DNA of 52,022 nucleotides, filler included, from Sphacelaria rigidula (lineage: Eukaryota): the NCBI GenBank assembly GCA_964200075.2. It is 3 parts of 3 records of this genome, joined end to end, with 100 filler letters (N's around TTAATTAATTAA, not from the genome) between each part and the next. Parts side by side here need not be neighbours in the genome. Positions count along the whole stretch, not along the records: positions 17,376 to 34,649 come from CAXNAA020001124.1; positions 34,750 to 52,022 come from CAXNAA020001125.1; 1 more part is not named here. One strand, written 5' to 3'. The notes beneath the pieces were generated by a model. The model saw only the letters and a list, made by a program, of their open reading frames with translations. It had not been told where the DNA came from and made no database searches. A program made the position numbers and the translations under genes. Within the stretch, counting starts at the first letter, position 1, and each line of letters opens with the position of its first letter. Shown one piece after another: positions 25,265-36,123 of this stretch.

Positions 25265-28252
25265 ATGAGGCGACTTGCCTTTCTCGAGGAGGTTTCCACA
25301 TCAAACGGTGAACGGCAGCCACTATCGAGAGAGCTAGGGTGAATTTTATTGGTGATTAGCAGCCAGACCCTCCTCATCCTCGCAATCCTATCTGTTTTTG
25401 CTTCCGCGCTCATCCTTGAAAACTGTTTGGTTGACCCTCGAAACAGTCCAAGCGACATTTCGCTGCAAATAAAGCACTGCCAGGAGCTCAGCAAAGTCGT
25501 GTACGATGAAGGCGATGCGAAGTCGTTGTGCGAGGCTGTTAAGCGGACGGGGGCACATCTGAAGCAAAGTTGGGCGCCAAGCCACGTGGGGTCGGGATGC
25601 GCCGCTCTCACGGCCTTATTGCCTTTAGACGATACCGAAGTGCTGGTGGTTGCGTTCCGCGGGACGGCTGCGACGGCCGAATGGATTGAGTACCTGAAGA
25701 GTGAATCGGATCGGGGTGAATTTTCGGTGTGGATGGATACCCTGGATAAGGTGAGATGGCTGATTTTCACTCAATCAGGCAAAGGATCAGGCGCTTATTA
25801 TGCAAGGAAGCATCAGAAGTGGATACTCTGTGGAACTTCCCCCCTACCTCCCTATACCCCAGCGATTGACGTTGCCCTTCATATGTATCATGATGTATTG
25901 ATCACCACTGGCGCTGTGTCGGTTGCGGGGCGAGCATTTGAAGTGCCAACAGAGGGTGTGTCTTCCGTGCTTCCTTTTGACAACTGATGGGTCATCTTAC
26001 CCATGCATTGCCGATGTGCATTGTACCTTCACTGTCATCAAGTATAGTCTCCTTAGTGCTACAATCAACTGATGGATGCAAATCGACCGACACCCCCACC
26101 CCCACCCTTGCCCTTTCCTTACGTCATTCAATTACGAGATCTAGATCAATGAACCCCCGATTCAACGACCTTCTGGTGACTGAAGGACAAGTCGGATATC
26201 GGCAGTTTTCAGGGTACCTACATACTGAACATGACGTGAACAATCAGAAGTCTGCCGCACACACCACAGGTTATTCGCAGTCCGTATTCATTGAAAAAGA
26301 CTGAATGTATCCCAAAATATCAGCCTGAAGGAGCGTCGATATCGAGGTGGTGACCAGGAAACACTTTTCATCACAGATCTTGACCAGTGTGGGGTACGGT
26401 GGCCAGCGAGATTTCCCATGGCATGGATAGTTTCCAAGTATATTCCAATATGTTATGCTTGTCGAGGCGACGCGGTGATGCTCCCTTGTTTCACACGTAG
26501 TAGAAGCAAAGTACGAGCAGATGGGTGAGACGATGCGCGGCAGAGCTGCAAGTACTCGGATAAAGTCTCCGGAGCCGATCTGTATCCTCCTCGAGTGGCC
26601 CCCATTGGCAAGGTCAACTTGTTCGTGTATTCCGCGATTGGGATCACGTTTTTCTGGTCACAGCTCACAGATTCTGGTCGCTGTTGTACGTTTTTCAATA
26701 CGTTTTTGTGCCTTTTTGTGATGATGCGTTGTGCCTTTTGTGAGAGGGAACGGGGGGTGGTCGCTGCACCGATGACGACGCATCACCCACAATGCCCAAC
26801 TTGCTGTATTCGCTGTGAGAAACAATGCTGCCTGCTGTCACCTCAAGGATCTCACGGCACCTTCAATATCAAGGTGTATATCTTCTGACCACTGCTTTCT
26901 AAAAAACGCGTCACGGCGGTAAAAAGCCTTACCTGTAACGCTAGTACTCATTGTGCACATCACCTGACAATGAAGCGCTGACTTCCCAGCTTTACAACGA
27001 GATGGACTTGTCATGTGCCCTGCATCAGCGGCAGTAACACCGAAGTTTCGTACGACCTTGATGGAGTTTGGTCCAGTTGATGTGACAATTGCCATTTCTC
27101 CTACTAGTCACCGTCTCATTCCAGCTCGCGGAATCTAATTTGGCCACACTGTAGCAATCAACAGTGGATTCTCGAACATGGGGTTGAAGAACAAAAAAAG
27201 GTTAAACTCAAAAGCCGTGCTTTCCCTGATCTAAATTCATGACAAGTTACTTTCATACGGACCATCCCATCCCTCCCGACCTCCCTAAAACTATTTTGGG
27301 GGATTTCTAGCCTTCCATTCCCTCAAAGGGAATGTGCGAAAGCACACATTTGCCGATTTCGGGGTGAAAAAAAAAGTTTTTTGGCCCCCAAATCGTGCTT
27401 TCGCACATACTCTGTGGGGGAACGGAAGGCTAGAAATCCCTTGAAATAGTTTTAGGGGGATCGGGAGGGATGGGATGGTCCATATGAAAGGCATTTGTCA
27501 TGAATTCAGGTCGGGGGGAGCACGGAGTTTGAGTTTAACCTCATTTTGTTCCCAACGCCATTTTCGAGAATCCACTGTTAATCGCGATGTGAACACTACC
27601 TATGTGAGGTTTCAATGCGTCGTCAGTTATGTTTGTCGACTGTGGTGGGTGTTCCCCCTAGAGAAGCGAGCAATCTCTGCAAACCTATCGTTCTCGTCAT
27701 TACCAGATGTGGACAGAGCAAGGAACCATGCCAACAAGCCAGACGGGGCTGACGATGAAAGAGAGCATCGTGCACCACTTGGAAGAGAGAAGGCCTGTAT
27801 GGCTCACAGGACACAGCAAGGGTGGGGCGGTGGCCACCACCGCCGCGGCGCGTCTTGTCTGTGGAGAGGAGGTTGTTGGCATTCACTCGGCGGAATCGCT
27901 CTGTCTCTCCGTCGTGACCTTCAACTCCCCAAAGGCGCTCGAGCTCCCGTTTGCAGACGCGTACGACGAGGCTTTCGAGCAGTTCGGCCTGCGTCACTTG
28001 AGAATAGAGCATGCCAATGACGTGGTGCGCAAGGAACCTGCTGGGTTATACCACGTCGGTAGGCAGGTAAAAGTCGAAAGTCTGCCCGCCGAACTTTCCG
28101 GTCTGTTTACTTCTGGCCTGTTTGCAGCCGTTTCCGCCCATGGATTTGGGGCGTACGAGGATGACTTCGACGACAACACGGGCGGCCGCGATGATCATCC
28201 CCGGTCTCCGCAGCCTCGTGCCTACCCTGCACAATGTGAGGAAGGCTCGTAG
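25265..28252 (+). CDS. Class 3 lipase (alpha/beta hydrolase); exons 25265-25338, 25447-25750, 27707-28252
   Basis: Motifs VVAFRGT, WLTGHSKGG (27809-27826), VVTFNSPK, EHANDVVRKEP, YHVG and SAHGFGAY give a Ser-Asp-His triad. The GT-AG junctions are phase-compatible (2, 0). Exon 1 is the least certain. Confidence 0.8.
27162..27577. mobile_element. Foldback MITE in the lipase intron
   Basis: CAGTGGATTCTCGAA...TTCGAGAATCCACTG with ~190-bp inverted arms; flanks TCAA and TTAA. Confidence 0.85.
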
Positions 28253-28880
28253 TCGCCGAATCAACGGCAGACTGTAGATGAAGCTCACATATATTGAACG
28301 GATGTTGATCCCAGAATCACAAATGTAATGCTTCGAAGGACAAAAGATCCGCGTAACCGCGCTGCCTGGTACTCTGGGTAGAGCGTGCAGCGTATGATCT
28401 AGAACCACGTGATTTTCGCTTGACTGTCAACACGAAGCTGCACGCCTTTCCTAAATGGCATCACGCTGGAAGCGCCAAAGTCTGCATACTTTTCGAGTCT
28501 AGTGGCACCCGCCCCCCCGCAAAGCAATATTACTACTCGTATCACCAGATACGTTTACTGCGATACTACCGTGTTTTTTTACCTTGTGCCGAGTGTCCCG
28601 ACAGAAAACAACCTATCCTGTACCTCTACCGAATTGTATGTACTAGCATTCTGTTTTCTCCTCCTTTCCAATCCAGTTGAAGGCGAATCTGCCGCATTTT
28701 TCCCGAGATGGCATATTTCAGTGTTCGTGCACATGATGACGATTCTCTCTGTCTATTGTCAGCGGAATCAGCGTTTCCCCCGAGACGTTGTTCCGGCTCC
28801 GGTTCTGCGTTCAGCTCCAACGAAGCCCTGACGACACACCACGGTACTATACATTGTACAGTTGATTACATTATACGCAG

Positions 28881-29130
28881 GATGGCTGACTCCACCTTTG
28901 AGCAGTAAGGATGACCAGGCTACATGCGAACAAAATATGAAACATACGCTGAGTCATGGAAGAGTACTTGAGGTCAAAGACGGCGACTCCACTCGTGTGA
29001 AAGGCTCGCGTGAAGGATCTCGCCAGTGGTCGGAGGGCGTAAATATGACGAAGGTTATCCAAATTCCAGTGTTGAGTACCTGGCTCGAAAATCAAACGCG
29101 AAACGTACGCCAATGCGGACAGGGTATTGA
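28881..29130 (+). CDS. Probable upstream exon of the GTPase gene (in-frame ATG at 28937)
   Basis: acgcag| acceptor, open frame, and a GA|gtgagc phase-2 donor that matches the phase-2 acceptor at 29961. Confidence 0.45.
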
Positions 29131-29960
29131 GTGAGCACGAGAGCGTACCTGCACTACCAAGGTAACCGCCTTGACATGTATCACCTGTTTTGACAGTCTC
29201 GAGCTACCACGTACATGTTCATGTCGTCGGAATCTACCATCACCTCAACCTGCGCATGTGCATACTCTGCATATGGAACAATCTCTCTGTCTCGGAAACC
29301 ATGCAGGAAGGGTCTGCTGTTTTTCTCCCTATTTTGCAGATCGATACTAGAACGTGGCCTGGCGTTTTCCCTGTTTTTTTGTCGTTGTTTCTTCTTTTCT
29401 GTTTTATTTCTTGCTATTTCCCTACGTGTTTCCACTTCGCCTCGTTTATTCTGCGCCTTTCCCCCCAGTCTCTTTCCATTCTCGAGTTTGCGCAGCAAGG
29501 ATTTCATTGGTCCCCTTCGGTCGTATAATTTGTGCCCACGACCAGATTTTGTAGCAGATCTAATGGTTTATGATAATCAAGTAATTAAGTTCTACAAGAG
29601 GTCTGGTCGAATCCGTTGTTCCATGACGGCGTATAATTGGCAACAATGCCGTTTGCCGATGTCGAGCGATGCTGGTGCAGCGTTGCTGGCTCCTGGGCTG
29701 TTATGACGACATTATGCATTTTGTCTCGTATGTGCGGCCCTCGTGCGCAGGCCATCTCGAGGTCGCCCTACGTGCACGAATGAGGCGTTAGTGAAAATAT
29801 ACCGGATTCGTCTCACCAGTGTAAACGACAGGGCGCGGGTACAAACTTGAGAAGGAGTTGCGTCATGGGTACCAAAACGGCCTCTCCGAAACCCCATCAT
29901 TCGGCAACCAGTTACACAATCTTGTTATGGACCACAAACACGATGATTGTCTCTACGCAG

Positions 29961-31128
29961 AGAGCCCCAACCCGTCGTAGGCGGAGATTACCTCAAAGAC
30001 GTACGAGCCGCACAAGAACCACTTGTCTCCGGCGCACGGAGTGCTCTGCACGTCCACCTCATTCGAGCTGTTTGCGCACTCCCCTCCGCTCGCGTTGACA
30101 ACCTGGCAGGGGGAGCGGATGACGAAGGTACGGCGCCGCGCACGCGCCACCAGGGAGTCGTTCCTTACACCGTTGTTCTCGTGGGCAAGGCTGGTGCCGG
30201 CAAGTCCTCACTGGGGAATCACCTGCTCAATATAGGAGTCGAGGCGGATGACTACGAGGATTTCTTTGAAGAAGCAGGTGGTCCTGAAGCGTGTACGACG
30301 CGGATCCAATATGTTGTGTCAGCCGACGGGAGGTTGGCGGTCGTCGACACCCCCGGGATGCCCGACACGACGCCCCCCAAGACTCTGGAACTCTTCGACG
30401 ACATGGTCAAGAAAGTACGTGCCTTGGAGCGCATCAACCTTCTGCTGTTTGTTGCCGTCGAGGATAGGACGAACCCAAAGCAGTACGCCGAGTACCGCAC
30501 ACTGATCAAGCAGTTCAACTCGCTGCCTTGTGGGAAGCTCCTGGTGTGCCGCCAGCACGACTACTCTCGGAGACCTCCCTCCACCAAAGCGCGGGACGAG
30601 AAACGTGCCGGCGGCCTGAAGTTCGCGACAGGCATTCTGGACCATAGTGAGATGGACATGCCATACATACTGCACATGGGCGGCTCCAGCCCCGAAGCAC
30701 AAGAGAGCTTGGATGCGATATCCAGGGTAGCTCGTAGTTCCATACCTGTTCCTGTGGGGCGGTTGCTACGTACGTACGCCGAGCGCAAAGCGCACGTGAG
30801 GAGGCTTGCGTGCAAGAGGGATCGACTTGGGGCTTTGAAGGAAGAGATGGAGGAGTTGGAATCCGCCGTGGAAAATGCGCTATATTGGCAAAAGGTCCAC
30901 ATTGGGTGGACCCTGGTGGCTGGGGTTGCCGAGAAAGTGATAAATGGAGGAGATCTCTTGGTGGCCGTTGTAGGAGAACCCTTGATTAAAAAATACGATC
31001 GCATCGTCCACAGGAGAAGGGAAAAAATGAAAAACGTGCAGGAAGAAATCGACGCGGGCTGTGTGGTGGAGGGTGAGCTGCAGAAGGCCCGAGAGGAGCT
31101 TGCCGAGCTCGAGGCTCTGGCACGTTAG
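29961..31128 (+). CDS. AIG1/GIMAP-like (TRAFAC class) P-loop GTPase with C-terminal coiled coil; large terminal exon
   Basis: G1 VVLVGKAGAGKS (30184-30207), G2 ACTT, G3 VVDTPG (30346-30357) and an INLLLFV strand. The C-terminus has heptad-rich helices around a hydrophobic segment. There is no in-frame ATG before G3, and a tctctacgcag| acceptor ends at 29960. Confidence 0.85.
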
Positions 31129-33683
31129 TCTTCGATATTCACCATCTGCACCACAAGCGTTCGGTTGACACTGATATCTTCGCTCAATTTGTCGAAGCGG
31201 GCGTCGAACCCTGCGTGTTGATGTGAGTAGGTTGACCTCCCATTAAACTTCTGTTCTTGGAATTGGCGCTGCAGTGATGCTTGCCACTTTTCGTTTTTGT
31301 TTCGAAAACAAAGTTATACTTGGTGCGGTAGGGTGGCTGTTGTGCCCTCTCCACGCTCCATGTATCAGTCACCCATGGTGCCGGTGCATCATTTATAGAG
31401 ATAATCGAAATAGTCGATAACGTACACACTTGATTTGTGTGTGTTGAGAACTTAGCAAGGGCATATGATGCCAATGAGACACATGCAGGCACCCAGGCAC
31501 CACGGATGGTGGTACGCCTCTATAATGGCGTTTCAAAATGGTAAATTAAGGCGGTGTCGTCCGCGTGTGTTTATCAGCGGCGCTCTGCTGTTTCCCTTTT
31601 TTTTTATCATTCTTTGTGTTCGAATTTTGATTACCGCTGAAGCCATCGACAGCCCTGTATGCAGTTGTCTCTTTGCCGTGTTTCGATGCACATCGATCCG
31701 CAGTCGTATATTGCTCGGTTGTGTGCCTACCGCTAGTAGTGCCAACGCTTTTTCGTGTTGTCGTGATTAGTGACACTGATGTGTGATCGTGAAGAATACC
31801 GCCTGGTGTGGCTGTATGTAGATGGCGTTTTGATCGGCATTCTGTCACACGTTTTGCGAGTGGTCGGTGGCGTATAAGGAGTGTCCTTGGTGACGATCTT
31901 CTCTGATTTCGTGGTCAAAATTGCGTTGCTCGCGATTTGCGTTGGCGAACGAGTGGAGTTTGATAGTATGCGGTTTTCGCGTGTACTTGTGCGATAGGTC
32001 ATAACATGACCACGTTTTGTGAAAATGCGATGACCACATTGTATTCTAATAGTGGAGTGAACACACGTGCTTGACTGCGTGCGCGTGGTACTAAATGTCT
32101 TACTCCCTTGTGGTCGGGGGCTTTGTGCAGTCGCAACCCTCGGACTTCGTTTCTCGGTGAAATATGAACTGTCATTGATTTTTCGATTGGCAACCCCCAC
32201 GCATATTATGGTCGTCTTCGACACAGGGCTACGTCCCCTCAATTGATGGTCAGGTACCTTATTTGTAATTCACTCTGGCTTCTCAATCTTGCGTGTGCTT
32301 GAATTCGAATTGTCGTGAAGTGGTACCGAAGTGCTGACTTATCGGTCTACGAGACTATGTCTCTCTTTGGTGCTTTACATGCACGCATGCGATCACCGAT
32401 GCTGGTAAACCGTTACGGACTTGGCTGTCATGGCGACCATAGCCAGCGGTTTGAGGACTCGTCTCGCTCTGACGTCTCGTTGTCTTGTTCTTATAATTGC
32501 TGTGACGATGACCAGTAGCCACTTGCAGGCTTCGCATTTTATGTCACCACTTGATGGAGGTGTACAAAGAAACGCAAGAGATGGGCGAAGTGAAAAAGGA
32601 ACGCCCTTGTCGCTGTGTGTCCCACTTCCGTTATTAGTCCTTTGATGTTCCAGCATAAAGAATAATTGAAATGATGCAAGAGCTGATTGCATGGCGCCGG
32701 AAATATACGTATTGCCTTCGGTAGCAATTGAGTTGCACGGCAGCATCGATGGCACGATGTTGAGATTGAAGTTTGTGTGTCGGCTTCATCGCAAATTGCG
32801 GTACCACGTGCGAAGGGAGGTGGACAGATTGCTCGAAGCAAGGTGTGCTATATCCCAGATTAACCGGGCGCCGTTGGCACCGATTTGAGCCCAAGCATGT
32901 GCTGCACACTCGTGCTCACGCTGAGGGCGTGCCTGGGACTGAACCCTGTTGAGATCCGAACATGGTGGCTACACTGCAGTAGCTAAGTTAACTGCGTATT
33001 ATCGCTGAGCTGGGGTATACTCTACCGCTTACCGCATGCGATCTGGATCTGGAAACTTTTCGTCAGACACCTCGGGTGAATTCGGTGAAAGTGGATTTTA
33101 CCGGATCACCTGAACCAATATTCTAGAAGTTTGGTGATGTGATGGTGCAATGATTTGGCCGTATAAAATACATCGCCAGTGCATGGAGGCGACTACACCA
33201 GACGCCCCCCCCCCCCTCTCCCCCCGCATTGGTTCATGTCCCTCACTATACTATCGTGTCTCATGCGTGTGGTGAGGCCGTGTCTTTTCCAATTGATTCC
33301 GACTCAGGGCGTGTCTGACCATTTTATTTCGACTCGAAAACTTGCGGTCGAATCGAGTTGATACGTCAACCGCATTTATGTTCTCAGGTGGCTTCACGTC
33401 CATTTTACATCTCACAAATATTTGCGCACGACGGGGAGGATGGCAAGCAGAAAAGCGTTGCTTTTCCTAGCGAAAACGAGCGGCGAAAACGACCGAAGGG
33501 GCACATGACTCTCATGTTGCAGATAACCATGCCAGATGCCACCCTTTCACAGAACTATGCAAACCCCACATGGCGCAGCTACCAACTGAACCCTGCAGCA
33601 TAGATTACGAGCTGCACACAGGGGTATACCTATACTGCAGTAATGAATCAAAACTACCATCCTCTAGGCGTGAGATTTCTTTA

Positions 33684-34440
33684 CGAGCTGGGCCAGCCTA
33701 GACACGGATTTAAGCTCTCAAACCAATATCTCGTCGACACGGACGAGTTTGGCCGTGATCCACATATTGTTTTAATCGTCTGACCACGGGGAAGGTGCCA
33801 ATCTTCTAAAAAATTCGGCCCCATATTTTCTCGTTGATTAAACCCCGTGTCTAGTGATTCCTATATCTACACCTGAAGGAGATAGCGTCCAAACTGCAAT
33901 TTCTATGAAACCCTCGATCGATACATTCAGCGGATGGCGACGAATTTCGGTGTGTAAATTCTCTGGAGCACGGGGAGACGATAGGTACCCTCAACTTCAC
34001 CTAACTCGTAATCTATCTCGAGATATAGCGCAAATACGTTCCCATACTGAAATCATTATATTCCGAGCAGATGCACTAGATGAGCTAAACCTGGATATCG
34101 CGTCTCAGTTTTCGAGAGTTATGCGATGAAAGTTTGTATGGAAAACCGCTAGTGCATAATAAAGCTTACGAACACGGTTTTGCTTTTTCAATATTTTCTA
34201 TTTCTTTCATTTTTTCGGGTTTCTGGGGCAGTTTTGAGGAGAAATGAACACTGCTCTTAGGCTCTATCTCAATTTTTTGGGTCAATTTTTAGAATTGTGA
34301 TTTGAAATTCAGGATAAAGAACCACAGAAGTATACTGAATAAAAAAAAGTGGGCCCTCAGTTTTTTTTCTTTGGGAGAGGATCGGGCGTTCTCGAAAAAA
34401 ATGGCGGTTTCCCTACTGAAACGCCTAAACCAGTGAAATA
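33684..34440. mobile_element. Truncated copy of the mariner-like family at 10523
   Basis: TA|CGAGCTGGGCCAGCCT left end; collinear similarity with 10523-11250. Confidence 0.7.
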
Positions 34441-34649
34441 GTAAAAAACAATCCACCTGAAACACGGGATGGATCTATTGTTGGGAGTGAGAACCCCGGA
34501 TGTGAAGTGATGAGGGGTGAAGGCACCTTGTGGGGGTTATTATAATGGTGTTCACTCCGAGATTGTTCCAGGTTCAGACCTCTGCGTACGTTGTTTGGTA
34601 ACTCAGCTCAGCAGCGCAGGCTGATCCCAGTTGTTTCACAAAGGAGACA

Positions 34650-34749
34650 NNNNNNNNNNNNNNNNNNNNNNNNNNNNNNNNNNNNNNNNNNNNTTAATTA
34701 ATTAANNNNNNNNNNNNNNNNNNNNNNNNNNNNNNNNNNNNNNNNNNNN
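34650..34749. other. Assembly linker (44 N + TTAATTAATTAA + 44 N)
   Basis: Same structure as 17276-17375. Confidence 0.95.
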
Positions 34750-35708
34750 GTTGCGCCGCCCCCCCCGACAACCACCGCGCGGGATAACAACCCAGAAAAA
34801 CCCCCCCCCCCCCCCCCCCCAAGTTGCGGTTAGATCTGTCATTGCCGCAACACCGTTCTTGCTGGTATGTGTGTGACAAAGAACAGTAGCGGTCACGAAA
34901 TCATTGCTTTGTTTTTCAACGACATCTTTTGCAGCGCACACAGGCGCGTCCTGGCCAAAAAGAGAGACACTGAGGAATCGATCTTTGCATTGGTAAGCTC
35001 CATAGACAAGAAGAGATTACACCCCTCGGCACCTCGGTGTTCTTCGGAGGGATATGCAACATGAACCTGCCTACCGGCACATGGGAAACTGGGTACATGC
35101 TGGTAACATGCACGATGTCAGTCTCTCGAGTGAATGAGAATCGCCGAGCGAGGACGCCAAAAGGACACGGGCGAGAAGCTTCCTCTCTGTCGCTACTCCT
35201 CCGGTGGTGTCGTCAGTGGAACGCGCGTACATTGCATTCGTTCGGTGCACCCAGCCACAACTGCTTAACTGCTGCAGGTTTTTGGAGGAGAAGATGGCAT
35301 CCATTGGTGTAGCTGTTTCGCGCCATTCCTGCAAAAACTTTATGCCGGTTGATCCCCATTTCAGTGTTCAACCCCATTTTTCAAGATCGGCTGTTGGAGG
35401 TTGTTTCAAAATTCTCGCGTTTCACCCAATTGATGAAAATTTGCGGGCAAGACGCGGGGGTGATTGAACAGTCCCTGCTGTCCGAATTTCGAAGACTCAC
35501 AACAGCAGAACAGTATATATGTGGGATTTGAACAGCAGAGGCTGTTCGGAAGTGCTTTTTTGCTCAATTTGAGGACAAATTGGCGGGCAAAATGAGGACT
35601 CTCGAGCACCTTCTGCTAGTCGAATCTCATATGCTGGTTTATGAAATATTTTAACAGCCTCTGCTGTTCGAAATAAATACGTCATGCCGAATTCCAGAGT
35701 GGAATTAG

Positions 35709-36123
35709 GAGCCGATCATCGAAGATGAACATGGAGCTTTTCATTGAGGATGAGGACCCGGAGAATGAAAATCTTCGTGTCCACACCAAATCTTCGAAAT
35801 ATGGTTCCATTTCTTCATTTACTGGTAGCTATTGACAACTATTACACGCCATACAAATGTTGGGATGGTAGTTGATTTTTGTTTCTCGGAGAATTTCAGC
35901 AATTCGATGGGATCCCCTACATTACCCAATTTGTTTCACCTAGCACCCCAACATGTCGGTTGTCAAGATCCAAATTTTTATGGCGTGTAGTAGTCGTCAA
36001 TAGCTACCATTAGGTGAAGGGATGGAACTATATTTCGAAGATTTGGTGTGGATACGAAGATTTTCATTCTCCGGGTTCTCATCCTCAATAAAGAGCTCCG
36101 TCCTCAATTTCGGTGATGGGCTG
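35709..36123. mobile_element. Palindromic MITE (same family as 40666-41104; half copy at ~37520-37775)
   Basis: Long inverted arms GAGGATGAGGACCCGGAGAATGAAAATCTTCG / CGAAGATTTTCATTCTCCGGGTTCTCATCCTC. Confidence 0.75.

Noticed and set aside
25349-25446. Apparent signal peptide (LLILAILSVFASALIL) on the lipase ORF
   Set aside because: The ORF has no ATG and there is an in-frame stop just upstream. The stretch is better explained as a pyrimidine-rich intron ending at aaacag| 25446.
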